The notes beneath the pieces were generated by a model. It was not told the DNA's origin, did no database searches, and was given only the letters and a program-made list of their open reading frames with translations. Shown one piece after another: positions 1 through 8,373 of a DNA stretch of 52,214 nucleotides. This DNA comes from a virus (lineage: Duplodnaviria; Caudoviricetes). The first letter of the stretch is position 1. Every line of letters begins with the position of its first letter. The translations under genes and the position numbers were made by a program. The stretch covers positions 1-52,214 of IMG/VR virus record IMGVR_UViG_3300031972_002079. The stretch is one strand, 5' to 3'.

Positions 1-273
1 AATAAGCGTTGGTTGCACTTCTTTATGTTGTTTGTTCCTGTCATGGGTCTTTGGACATCTTCTATTGGCATCATTGGGCTTGCTTTTAATCTTCGTGCTT
101 ATGATTTTGTAAGTCAGGAGATTCGTGCAGCAGAAGATCCAGAATTTGAGACCTTTTACACCAAGAACATCTTATTGAATGAAGGACTACGTGCATGGTT
201 GGCACCAGTTGATCAACCACATGAGTCATTCGTATTCCCAGAAGAAGTATTGCCTCGTGGTAATGCACTTTGA
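1..273 (+). CDS. psbD: Photosystem II D2 protein, C-terminal part (5' end outside window)
   Basis: [14 protein letters not shown]...[31 protein letters not shown]...[10 protein letters not shown] is the D2 C-terminus. Confidence 0.99.
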   Translation, partial: NKRWLHFFMLFVPVMGLWTSSIGIIGLAFNLRAYDFVSQEIRAAEDPEFETFYTKNILLNEGLRAWLAPVDQPHESFVFPEEVLPRGNAL

Positions 274-388
274 ATACGTTTTAGCATGGGTTGCACTTAT
301 CATTCTCTATTTTGTTACTCAGAATCCTGACGATGATGATGATCAAGATGGTGGTATGATGGTCCCATCGTATCAAGGAAAACAATGA
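263..388 (+). CDS. Small membrane protein with acidic DDDDDQDGG motif
   Basis: ATG 263 overlapping psbD end; hydrophobic N-terminus followed by DDDDDxDGGMM. Confidence 0.6.
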   Translation: MHFEYVLAWVALIILYFVTQNPDDDDDQDGGMMVPSYQGKQ

Positions 389-594
389 ATAATTTCGAGT
401 TCACACTATACTTCATATGCTTCGCTCTCATTGCTGGTGGTGCCTTCGCTATGATGTGGGCTAACATTCAATCTATTAAAGTAGAGATGAATAAACCCAA
501 ACCACGTCATCCAGAAGCACCACAAGCAGGTGAAGAGTTGATGTATGTAGATCTAACCAGGGAAAAACTGGAAGAAATTTATGATAAAGAATAG
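385..594 (+). CDS. Small membrane protein, DUF2973-like
   Basis: N-terminal TM helix then RHPE motif. Confidence 0.6.
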   Translation: MNNFEFTLYFICFALIAGGAFAMMWANIQSIKVEMNKPKPRHPEAPQAGEELMYVDLTREKLEEIYDKE

Positions 595-617
595 AGGATT
601 CTGAAAAGGTCAATCTT

Positions 618-647
618 AAAACCACCTCTTGACTGGGGTGGTTTTTT
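618..647 (+). terminator. Rho-independent terminator
   Basis: AAAACCACCTC-TTGACT-GGGGTGGTTTT stem-loop with T-tract. Confidence 0.8.
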
Positions 648-657
648 AATGTATAAT
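629..657 (+). promoter_or_regulatory. Sigma70-type promoter
   Basis: TTGACT(629-634)-17 bp-TATAAT(652-657). Confidence 0.8.
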
Positions 658-680
658 TAAGTATACAAGTGGTTTTGTGT

Positions 681-2204
681 ATGAAATTTATAGGTCTGCG
701 ATTAGATGATCATGACTCAAATATTACATACACTGACGGCACGAAGGTTAAATATACGAACTGTGAAAGAAATTATCAATGCAAACATTATGGTCTTGAT
801 GATTTAAATACATGGACTAGTATTATTAAAAGATGGAAAGTGAATCCATCTGAGGTTGATGCGATTGCAATTATCATCGATAAATCTTTACATGGACATA
901 TACAATACAATGAAGATGATTTATTTTCTATTGTAGAATTAAAAATTTTTAGAGTTCTTGGATTTGAATGTCCTATTTACAGAGTCGATCACCATTATTC
1001 CCATGCGTTAAGCATATGGCCTTTGGGAATAAAACCAACAGTTAGTATTATTTCTGATGCGTTTGGAGATGATAGTACTAACTTCTCCGTTTTTAGGGAT
1101 GATAAAATTATTACTAGATTGAAGAGATCCAATGAAATAAGTTCTTTAGGATATAGATCTTTTGAGAGCATTGCTATGTCATTAACTTTTGTTGGCAATT
1201 TAATAAAAATTGTCGGAGATCCTTTAGATCATGCTGGTAAGATTATGGGGATGAAAGCTTATGATTCTTCAGTCTCTACTAAAAAAGACATTTTCAATTT
1301 AGAAAATATTTCAAGTGTATGGGAATCTTTTGATTGGGATTCGGTTGATATTAATGACATTAAAGATTTTGACAAAATATGTTCTTGGGTATCGAAAGCA
1401 CATACATATTCGGAGAGAGTGTATGCTGATATTTTTGTCAATTATACAGATAAAAATGACATTATATGCTATAGTGGTGGTGTAGCACAGAATACTGTGA
1501 TCAATAGTGAGATTAAAAAAGTTAGGCCCAACTTACATATTCCTCCTCACTGTAATGACTCTGGATTATCTCTAGGTGCTGTAGAGTTTCTTAGAAAATA
1601 TTATGATCAGGAAGAATTTGATACTACTGGATTTCCTTTTTGGCAGGATGATGAAGCACCAAAGACTATTCCTAGTAAAAAAACTATTAAGGATACTGCA
1701 GAAAGGTTGGCAAGAGGAGAGATCGTTGGGTGGTATCAGGGTCATGGTGAAGTTGGCCCCAGAGCATTAGGAAACAGAAGTATTTTAATGAACCCATCCA
1801 TTTCTAATGGTAAAGATTTAATCAATTCTAAAGTAAAAAATAGAGCCTTCTATAGACCCTTTGGTGCATCTGTTCTGGAAGAAAAATCTTCTCAATACTT
1901 TAACTTCTCTCACCCCTCTCCTTATATGCTTTATGTCATGGATATGATTGATACAGAATTATATCCATCAGTTACACATGCTGACGGAACTTGTAGGGCA
2001 CAGACTGTATCTCAAGATCTTGAGGTATACTATTCTCTAATTGAAGAATTTGAAATGCTTACTGGAATTCCGATGTTATTAAATACATCTTTAAATGTTG
2101 GTGGTAAACCTATTGCAGCATATAAAACTAATGCATTGGATATTTGGTGTGGCACAGAACTTGACACATTAGTATTTGGAAACGAAGTATTTTCACATGA
2201 ATGA
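681..2204 (+). CDS. Carbamoyltransferase, NodU/CmcH family
   Basis: HD..., DHHYSHA, GKIMG, SGGVAQN, DSGLSLG, GPRALGNRS, RPFG, LLNTSLN motifs. Confidence 0.93.
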   Translation: MKFIGLRLDDHDSNITYTDGTKVKYTNCERNYQCKHYGLDDLNTWTSIIKRWKVNPSEVDAIAIIIDKSLHGHIQYNEDDLFSIVELKIFRVLGFECPIYRVDHHYSHALSIWPLGIKPTVSIISDAFGDDSTNFSVFRDDKIITRLKRSNEISSLGYRSFESIAMSLTFVGNLIKIVGDPLDHAGKIMGMKAYDSSVSTKKDIFNLENISSVWESFDWDSVDINDIKDFDKICSWVSKAHTYSERVYADIFVNYTDKNDIICYSGGVAQNTVINSEIKKVRPNLHIPPHCNDSGLSLGAVEFLRKYYDQEEFDTTGFPFWQDDEAPKTIPSKKTIKDTAERLARGEIVGWYQGHGEVGPRALGNRSILMNPSISNGKDLINSKVKNRAFYRPFGASVLEEKSSQYFNFSHPSPYMLYVMDMIDTELYPSVTHADGTCRAQTVSQDLEVYYSLIEEFEMLTGIPMLLNTSLNVGGKPIAAYKTNALDIWCGTELDTLVFGNEVFSHE

Positions 2205-2223
2205 TTTTAAATAGGTATCTAAA

Positions 2224-2922
2224 ATGAAAGTAATTACAGAAGGAAAAGTCAAAACTGTATACGCAGGTGATGATGCACAGCAAGTCATCATTGAGTATCA
2301 TGACAAGGTAACAGCTGGTAACGGTGAGATGGTTGATCATCCTTTAGGAAAAGGATCCCTCTGCTGTAGTATCTCTGCTCTTATCTTTGAGAAACTTGCC
2401 AAAGAACTTATCCCAACTCATTATATTAATATGGTTGGTGCTAACAAGATGATCTGTAAGAAGGTAGACATTGTTCCACTAGAAGTTATTTGTCGCAATC
2501 GTGCTGCTGGATCTATTGTTCGTGAGACAACTCTTCAAGAAGGTTACTCACTACCCCATCCTATTGTTGAATTCTTTTTGAAGGATGATAGCAAGCATGA
2601 TCCTTTATTGACACCAGATCGTGTGCGTCTGATGGGATATGACCCTGAACCTTTTATTGAGATGACATTGCGAATCAATGATTATCTCCGTCAGATGTTC
2701 TACATCATGGGCATTGATTTGATTGACTTTAAGATTGAGTTTGGATATACTGCTCATGGTGAGTTGCTACTTGCCGATGAGATCAGTCCTGATAGCATGA
2801 GACTCTGGAAGATTGGTGGTGATGAGAGATTTGATAAAGATCTATTCAGAAAAGACGAGGGAGATATCGTTCCTGCCTATCGTTACATCCTTGACCGACT
2901 ACAACCACTTGCTATTCAATGA
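2224..2922 (+). CDS. purC: SAICAR synthetase
   Basis: EGKVK, PLEVICRNRAAGS, DFKIEFG, LADEISPDSMRLW, DKDLFR. Confidence 0.97.
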   Translation: MKVITEGKVKTVYAGDDAQQVIIEYHDKVTAGNGEMVDHPLGKGSLCCSISALIFEKLAKELIPTHYINMVGANKMICKKVDIVPLEVICRNRAAGSIVRETTLQEGYSLPHPIVEFFLKDDSKHDPLLTPDRVRLMGYDPEPFIEMTLRINDYLRQMFYIMGIDLIDFKIEFGYTAHGELLLADEISPDSMRLWKIGGDERFDKDLFRKDEGDIVPAYRYILDRLQPLAIQ

Positions 2923-3173
2923 TCATGCAAAACTTTTATCAAGCATTAGAAAACTATAAAAATGCTTATGCAATGATGGAACTAAAAGAACAATTGAAAA
3001 GAGAAATGCCTCCTAGTGGTAGTTCTTTCTATAGATATTTTTCCGATCCTAATAGTAATCCACCATCACATCATACTCTTGAAGAACGCATTGATAATAT
3101 GTCACTTGTAAAGTGTAAAGGATATGCTGTGTTTAATTATTACTATTCACAAGCTGCGTTTGCAATCCAATGA
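2919..3173 (+). CDS. Hypothetical protein
   Basis: 84-aa ORF with ATGA overlaps on both sides. Confidence 0.6.
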   Translation: MIMQNFYQALENYKNAYAMMELKEQLKREMPPSGSSFYRYFSDPNSNPPSHHTLEERIDNMSLVKCKGYAVFNYYYSQAAFAIQ

Positions 3174-3400
3174 AACTAATTAAGTTCACCCGTGATTCTG
3201 ATTATGGACAGGATTTATATGTCCAAGTATTATTCAACAAACGATGGGCACTCTTGCAAACATCAGTACATTGGTTTGAGTGTCCTGTTTGGCCTTTTCT
3301 TCAAATTCAATCTGGTATGGGTAATCTAATTTCTATTTTGTTTAGTGTCTATAAGTTTGGATTTAATATTGGATTACTAGAACGCACTTGGAGATTTTGA
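3170..3400 (+). CDS. Hypothetical protein
   Basis: 76-aa ORF, coupled to upstream gene. Confidence 0.6.
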   Translation: MKLIKFTRDSDYGQDLYVQVLFNKRWALLQTSVHWFECPVWPFLQIQSGMGNLISILFSVYKFGFNIGLLERTWRF

Positions 3401-3402
3401 TA

Positions 3403-3675
3403 ATGAAACACCACGTCCCTGATGAGATTAGAAAACTTGGTTTCGATTGCTTTAGAAGTTTGAACCAAGCAGAGCGAGCTGTTGTTATGTTTGGTGAGGA
3501 TGAGTATCGTAAATCATTAGACCTTGAGAATGATGATGCTCCCTGTTGGAAGATACCAAGTGGAGAATCAACTACCTTTGTTGGTTGGAATCCCATGTGT
3601 ATCCCAACAATGGATTACATAGTATGGAAACTAAAACGTCGTGAACAAATTGCAAAAGGAGAAATCATTGGATAA
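3403..3675 (+). CDS. Hypothetical protein
   Basis: ORF starting MKHHVPDE two bases after previous stop. Confidence 0.65.
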   Translation: MKHHVPDEIRKLGFDCFRSLNQAERAVVMFGEDEYRKSLDLENDDAPCWKIPSGESTTFVGWNPMCIPTMDYIVWKLKRREQIAKGEIIG

Positions 3676-3838
3676 GTTATCTAAAGACGAGATGAGAACT
3701 AAGATTAAAGAGTTCTCTGCTATTCTTAAAAGTCAAAGAGAGCACTGGGATAAGGAAGACCAAATTGGATTCACATATTCTTGTGATCTAATCTCACAAT
3801 CACTCATTACATTATACATTCGTTTAGGAAGAGACTAA
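3668..3838 (+). CDS. Hypothetical protein
   Basis: Short ORF (TTG start assumed) with TAATG overlap to purM. Confidence 0.45.
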   Translation: MDKLSKDEMRTKIKEFSAILKSQREHWDKEDQIGFTYSCDLISQSLITLYIRLGRD

Positions 3839-4770
3839 TGGACTACAAAACTTCTGGCGTTGATATTCAAAAAGGCCGATCCTTTGTAGAATATCTTAAG
3901 GTAATGGCACCTAGTATTGGTGGGTTCAATGGAATGATGGAAGTCCCATCAGGATATGAGAAACCTGTTCTAGTAACTGGTGCTGATGGTGTTGGAACTA
4001 AAATTAATATTTGTAGGATTGCCCGTGATTACTCCACTATTGGTCAGGATCTCGTTGCTATGTGCGTCAATGACGTTATATGTTCTGGCGCTAAACCATT
4101 ATATTTTCTAGACTATATCTCTACCAAATCCCTTGACGGTAATGTGAGTGATATTGTGTATGGAGTTGTCAAGGCATGTGAGCTAACTGGAATGGATCTT
4201 CTAGGTGGAGAAACGGCAGAACATTTCAGACAAACTGATTATGACCTTGCTGGTTTCTGTACTGGTGTTGTAGAGAAGAATGATATTGTTGATGGTCAGA
4301 ATATTAGACCTGGTGATGTAGTCATTGGTATTGAGAGTAGTGGACTCCATAGTAATGGATACACACTCATCAATGATATGCTGTGGAGGCATAAGATCCG
4401 CTATAAGGACATGCCTGAGTTGCTAACACCAACTACCATCTATTCTGGTTTGATCCAACACCTGTTGGACGAAGTTCCCATCCTAGGCATGGCACACATC
4501 ACGGGAGGAGGACTGCCTGAGAACCTCCCACGATGCCTTCCAAGGGGTCTCACAGTTGACGTTGACTATTCTGCTTGGGAGAGACCAGAACTCTTTAACA
4601 AGATCCAGCAGGCAGGAGACGTTTCTGAAGAAGAGATGCGTAATGTATTCAATCTTGGTATTGGATTCTGTTTGGTTGTGCCACAAGAAGTAGCAACACT
4701 AACTCAAACTCTGATTGCTGACACACCATTTGGCATGAGATCGTGGGTTATTGGAGAAGTTAAATGCTAA
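3838..4770 (+). CDS. purM: Phosphoribosylformylglycinamidine cyclo-ligase (AIR synthetase)
   Basis: YKTSGVD, DGVGTK, GQDLVAMCVND, GGETAE, SSGLHSNGY, AHITGGG, FNLGIG. Confidence 0.97.
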   Translation: MDYKTSGVDIQKGRSFVEYLKVMAPSIGGFNGMMEVPSGYEKPVLVTGADGVGTKINICRIARDYSTIGQDLVAMCVNDVICSGAKPLYFLDYISTKSLDGNVSDIVYGVVKACELTGMDLLGGETAEHFRQTDYDLAGFCTGVVEKNDIVDGQNIRPGDVVIGIESSGLHSNGYTLINDMLWRHKIRYKDMPELLTPTTIYSGLIQHLLDEVPILGMAHITGGGLPENLPRCLPRGLTVDVDYSAWERPELFNKIQQAGDVSEEEMRNVFNLGIGFCLVVPQEVATLTQTLIADTPFGMRSWVIGEVKC

Positions 4771-4967
4771 CTGTCACTAACCATTTAGCCGCTTTTTGGA
4801 CTGTTGTGGTGATGAATTGTATTCATCCAGTTAATTGGCAATCATGTCTTCCAGTTCATGAATGGTTGATTCCAGATGTAGGTCAGGGATTGCAAATATA
4901 TTTTGATAAAAAGTTGGATTTTTTGTATAGAAATGAGCGAGATTACCTAGATAGTGCAGTCAAGTAA
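4764..4967 (+). CDS. Hypothetical protein
   Basis: 67-aa ORF between purM and petE. Confidence 0.6.
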   Translation: MLTVTNHLAAFWTVVVMNCIHPVNWQSCLPVHEWLIPDVGQGLQIYFDKKLDFLYRNERDYLDSAVK

Positions 4968-4972
4968 AACAT

Positions 4973-5317
4973 ATGAAAAGTTTTATTCGGTTCACTATTC
5001 TGGCATTTATTGCTGCAATGATTTTTTTCATACCCAAGACAGCATATGCATTGGATGTGCAAATGGGATCGAATGGAAATCTAGTATTTGATCCTGCAGA
5101 AGTCACTATTCAAGCTGGTGAATCTGTCCATTTTATCAACAATATGCTCCCTCCTCACAATGTAATTGTTGAGGATCATCCTGAGTTGGGTCATGATGCC
5201 CTGGCAATGTTGCCAGGTGAAGACTTTGAGGTTGCATTCCCTGAGGCAGGTGACTATACTTACTGGTGTGGTCCCCACAAAGGAGCAGGTATGATCGGAA
5301 CGGTGCATGTGGAATGA
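4973..5317 (+). CDS. petE: Plastocyanin
   Basis: Signal peptide; PHNV and YWCGPHKGAGM copper ligands. Confidence 0.96.
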   Translation: MKSFIRFTILAFIAAMIFFIPKTAYALDVQMGSNGNLVFDPAEVTIQAGESVHFINNMLPPHNVIVEDHPELGHDALAMLPGEDFEVAFPEAGDYTYWCGPHKGAGMIGTVHVE

Positions 5318-5409
5318 GTGCATTATTTGTCTTTGGATTTATTGCATTACTAACATTTGGAATGCATATAACATGGCCACTGCCATATAGAGGAGGAGGA
5401 ACAAAATGA
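5314..5409 (+). CDS. Small membrane peptide (31 aa)
   Basis: MSALFVFGFIALLTFGMHITWPLPYRGGGTK; ATGA overlaps both neighbours. Confidence 0.6.
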   Translation: MSALFVFGFIALLTFGMHITWPLPYRGGGTK

Positions 5410-5876
5410 AAGTTGGAATTATTGGGTTGGGACGTACTGGTGAAGGTATGTCTCGCCGTATGATTGAAAAGGGAATCGAAGTTTGGGGTTACAGTAGCAC
5501 CAACTATGAAAGTGCCTGTGGACAATATGAAGCAGGATATATTAGTGGATGTGTAACCTCACTAGAGTATCTTGTCCAAGCAGTTAAATCTGACAGCAAG
5601 AAATATACTAGTGCAGGAAAAGTTCCTGGTATCTTTCAGATTACACTTCCAGAAAAAAAGGTAGAAGACACACTTGATGAGTTATTACCTTTACTTGAGG
5701 AGGGTGATATCATTATCGACTATAGTAGTAATGATGTTTCAAAATGCCAGGAACTAGAAAAGTATTGCTCTAAGTTGGGCATCTCATACATTTTCTCTGG
5801 TGTATATGGAGCACCTTATGCTATTGATTCTTGTTCTAAGATTTTTCAAGCCCTATCTCCTGGTAATGTGATCTGA
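5406..5876 (+). CDS. 6-phosphogluconate dehydrogenase-like NAD(P)-binding domain only (truncated gnd-like)
   Basis: MKVGIIGLGRTG Rossmann start, LLEEGDIIID..N; only 156 aa, no catalytic C-terminal domain. Confidence 0.8.
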   Translation: MKVGIIGLGRTGEGMSRRMIEKGIEVWGYSSTNYESACGQYEAGYISGCVTSLEYLVQAVKSDSKKYTSAGKVPGIFQITLPEKKVEDTLDELLPLLEEGDIIIDYSSNDVSKCQELEKYCSKLGISYIFSGVYGAPYAIDSCSKIFQALSPGNVI

Positions 5877-6061
5877 TGCCACATGAATTCGACCCATGCG
5901 AAGCACCTGTAGAAGGTAAACTTGATAAGTGGGGGTTTACAATTAAACCTACTATCAGTGATGATGAACTAATTCTTCGATGTTTGAAGAATGCACCTTG
6001 TGGGTCTGATAGAAAACAGGCAATGAAGCTAATTAAAATCTACGAGGAAAAAATTCAATGA
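5876..6061 (+). CDS. Hypothetical protein
   Basis: 61-aa coupled ORF. Confidence 0.6.
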   Translation: MPHEFDPCEAPVEGKLDKWGFTIKPTISDDELILRCLKNAPCGSDRKQAMKLIKIYEEKIQ

Positions 6062-6189
6062 CCTTAGCGCATGTCCTACTTTTCGGATCACTACCCTTTA
6101 TATGTGCCACCGCATATTTCGGGTACAGAAAAGGTGAAAATGTCTACTATGAAAGTGACAAATATGACGGAAACGGAACAGCGCATTAA
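6058..6189 (+). CDS. ndhP: NDH-1 small subunit NdhP-like protein (43 aa, not in ORF track)
   Basis: MTLAHVLLFGSLPFICATAYFGYRKGENVYYESDKYDGNGTAH; TM helix plus C-terminal Y..D.Y.GNGxAH as in cyanobacterial NdhP. Confidence 0.8.
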   Translation: MTLAHVLLFGSLPFICATAYFGYRKGENVYYESDKYDGNGTAH

Positions 6190-6367
6190 GATGAGACATG
6201 CGTTTGCTATGTCATCATTTGCTAGAATGTTTACTCCAAACAAAATCACATATGATATGAGATCACTCTGTAGAGAGTGGTCTAAGATTGATGAACAACC
6301 ACCCACAGGTGATTTGTATAAAGTTGATCGTTATTTTCTGGAACTTTGGAAAAATAGAAACACATGA
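6164..6367 (+). CDS. Hypothetical protein
   Basis: MTETEQRIKMRHAFAMSSF...; start re-placed at ATG 6164. Confidence 0.6.
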   Translation: MTETEQRIKMRHAFAMSSFARMFTPNKITYDMRSLCREWSKIDEQPPTGDLYKVDRYFLELWKNRNT

Positions 6368-6450
6368 ATTTAAGTCAATTAATAGTATTAATAATCCCAT
6401 TAATGTTTGGACTTGTTATATTTTTTGCAGCAGTTCTTACAGATCAATGA
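6364..6450 (+). CDS. Small membrane peptide (28 aa)
   Basis: MNLSQLIVLIIPLMFGLVIFFAAVLTDQ; ATGA overlaps. Confidence 0.5.
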   Translation: MNLSQLIVLIIPLMFGLVIFFAAVLTDQ

Positions 6451-6608
6451 TGTTACAATTTGCTAGATTTTGTGGTGTTGTACTAAACAACCCATACGGA
6501 TTAGGATTTCTCTCAACCATTTTAGTCTTTGTTCCTATCATAGGAATGTGGGCTGTTCACAAATATAATTGGCAACATTGGGAACCTTTTGCAAAAAAAC
6601 ACCTCTAG
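6447..6608 (+). CDS. Small membrane protein
   Basis: MMLQFARFCG...LVFVPIIGMWAVHKYNWQHWEPF. Confidence 0.65.
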   Translation: MMLQFARFCGVVLNNPYGLGFLSTILVFVPIIGMWAVHKYNWQHWEPFAKKHL

Positions 6609-6613
6609 ATAAT

Positions 6614-6775
6614 ATGAACCTCCTTCTCCGATCACATCAAAACGTAACTGATCCAGTTTGGAGTGTTATTTTTAGTATTATCATTCTCTTAATTGGAGTC
6701 GGTTATTATGTCTATACAATTTTAAATTACGACGATGGAAAAAACAATGCCCAGGAATCAAATCACGAAAATTGA
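6614..6775 (+). CDS. Small membrane protein
   Basis: MNLLLR...DPVWSVIFSIIILLIGVGYYVYTIL. Confidence 0.6.
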   Translation: MNLLLRSHQNVTDPVWSVIFSIIILLIGVGYYVYTILNYDDGKNNAQESNHEN

Positions 6776-6911
6776 TATGCTCGCAAGAGTATACAAAGTC
6801 AAAACCTCTCTTTACGATGGGAAACAAATTGATAAGTCAGCTGAATGGCATGATGGTGCTCATAAAGCTTTAAATGATGTGCTTAACATCCTTGACGAAT
6901 TCAGAAACTAA
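6747..6911 (+). CDS. Small hypothetical protein (54 aa)
   Basis: MPRNQITKIDMLARVYKVKTSLY...EWHDGAHKALNDVLNILDEFRN; fills gap before talC. Confidence 0.7.
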   Translation: MPRNQITKIDMLARVYKVKTSLYDGKQIDKSAEWHDGAHKALNDVLNILDEFRN

Positions 6912-6948
6912 TGTTAAAGTCCCTGATATGAAATATACTCACAATTAT

Positions 6949-7599
6949 ATGAAGATCTTCCTAGATACCGCTGATACTGATATCATCAACGAATACTTCA
7001 AAACTGGTTTGGTGGATGGTGTGACTACCAATCCAACATTGATCATGAAAAGTGGTCGAGATCCAGAAGATGTGTATCAAGAAATTAAAGATCTTGGTGT
7101 TCGTGACATCAGCATGGAAGTGGTTGGTGATGAGGGTGAAATGTATCGTGAAGGCAAGCGTCTTTATGAAAAATTTGGTGATGTATGCACTGTAAAAGTC
7201 CCTTGCACCCGTGAAGGACTAGCAGTCTGTAAATCACTCTCCGATCAGAACATCAAAGTCAATGTCACATTGATCTTCAGTGCCGCTCAGGCGATCTTGG
7301 CAGCAAAGGCTGGTGCAACATATGTCTCACCCTTCGTGGGACGCCTAGACGACCAATCTGTGGCAGGTCTAGAGGTCGTTCGTTCTATCTCTGAACTCTA
7401 TCGTATTCATGGTGTTCAAACTAAAGTTCTTTCAGCATCGATTCGTAGTGTTCAACGTGCTGTTCGTTCGTGGTACAATGGAGCTGACATCTGCACCATG
7501 CCACCAAAGGTATTTGATCAGATGTATGACCACATTCTTACTGATAAAGGTCTAGAGATCTTTGACAATGATTGGAAAGCGGTTCAAAACCAAAATTAA
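6949..7599 (+). CDS. talC: Transaldolase, TalC/Fsa type
   Basis: MKIFLDTAD, GVTTNPTL, VKVPCT, NVTLIFS, YVSPFVGRLDD. Confidence 0.97.
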   Translation: MKIFLDTADTDIINEYFKTGLVDGVTTNPTLIMKSGRDPEDVYQEIKDLGVRDISMEVVGDEGEMYREGKRLYEKFGDVCTVKVPCTREGLAVCKSLSDQNIKVNVTLIFSAAQAILAAKAGATYVSPFVGRLDDQSVAGLEVVRSISELYRIHGVQTKVLSASIRSVQRAVRSWYNGADICTMPPKVFDQMYDHILTDKGLEIFDNDWKAVQNQN

Positions 7600-7666
7600 C
7601 TTTTTAATTCCATATATCGGGACAAAAATTTCCCAGGCTTTTTTCGTTCTATAGGATTTTTTAAAA

Positions 7667-7852
7667 ATGGCACAAGGATTTGATGTAGATGGTGTAGAGG
7701 TTGAGATTCCTGTTCAAGACATGAGTCGTCTTATCAAAAGATATAAGAAATTGAAAAAGTATGAGAAGTCAACTCTACATACCATTCAAAAACTGAATGG
7801 TGATAGAACTATCATTGACAAATTGACTGAAGAATCTGAAAATTTTGAATAA
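7667..7852 (+). CDS. Hypothetical protein
   Basis: 61-aa ORF with AGGA upstream. Confidence 0.6.
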   Translation: MAQGFDVDGVEVEIPVQDMSRLIKRYKKLKKYEKSTLHTIQKLNGDRTIIDKLTEESENFE

Positions 7853-7853
7853 C

Positions 7854-7882
7854 TTGACTAAATACGGTATGGGGTCTATAAT
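7854..7882 (+). promoter_or_regulatory. Sigma70-type promoter (with embedded late-type CTAAATA)
   Basis: TTGACT(7854)-17 bp-TATAAT(7877); CTAAATA 7858-7864; predicted start at about 7889-7891. Confidence 0.8.
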
Positions 7883-7890
7883 AGACCTGT

Positions 7891-8155
7891 CGTTCATCTC
7901 CTAATCAGGAGACGCAAGTAAGTCGCGGAACGGAGCGTTCATCCCATGAAATTACTTCTACCTTTATTACTTCTAGCTTCTCCCATATATGCTGGCGAGT
8001 ATGTTATGCCTTGTCAACATGTAAAAGAAGTTGCAGAAGTCGTATTGGAGGATCCTTACCTTTCTGAAAGGGACAAAAAGATTATTCTTAAAAACCTTTT
8101 AGGTAGACATGGTATGGGTTGTCTTTCAAGGGACGCAAACGACTAAAGGAACGGG
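7891..8155 (+). ncRNA. Tandem glutamine-II (Downstream-peptide) riboswitch-like RNA
   Basis: Two copies of CGTTCA-stem-CGCA...GGAACG: 7891-7932 and 7936-8153; followed by a YRG-motif peptide gene. Confidence 0.75.
7946..8146 (+). CDS. Small secreted-type protein nested in second aptamer
   Basis: GGAG at 7932-7935; signal-peptide-like MKLLLPLLLLASPIYA; two Cys. Confidence 0.65.
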   Translation: MKLLLPLLLLASPIYAGEYVMPCQHVKEVAEVVLEDPYLSERDKKIILKNLLGRHGMGCLSRDAND

Positions 8156-8186
8156 CCTAAAAATCCAACTACTTTAGGAGTTCAAC

Positions 8187-8354
8187 ATGAACACACTTAA
8201 TCTAATCAGAAAGCAGATCAACAAAGCATCTGCTCTTCATGACGCACAGATCACTCACACCGCATATCGTGGTGTCGAGTATTCTACTCGTTGTGTAGAA
8301 TCAAAAGATACTCATGGTACATTCTGCTACCGTGGTCGTCTTTACACCAAGTGA
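8187..8354 (+). CDS. DUF4278-like YRG peptide (55 aa, not in ORF track)
   Basis: AGGAG SD; ...TAYRGVEY...FCYRGRLY. Confidence 0.8.
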   Translation: MNTLNLIRKQINKASALHDAQITHTAYRGVEYSTRCVESKDTHGTFCYRGRLYTK

Positions 8355-8373
8355 TTAACGTAAGTTAAAGAAG

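Noticed and set aside
6071-6163. N-terminal extension of the 98-aa ORF
   Set aside because: Overlaps the better supported NdhP-like ORF; ATG 6164 preferred
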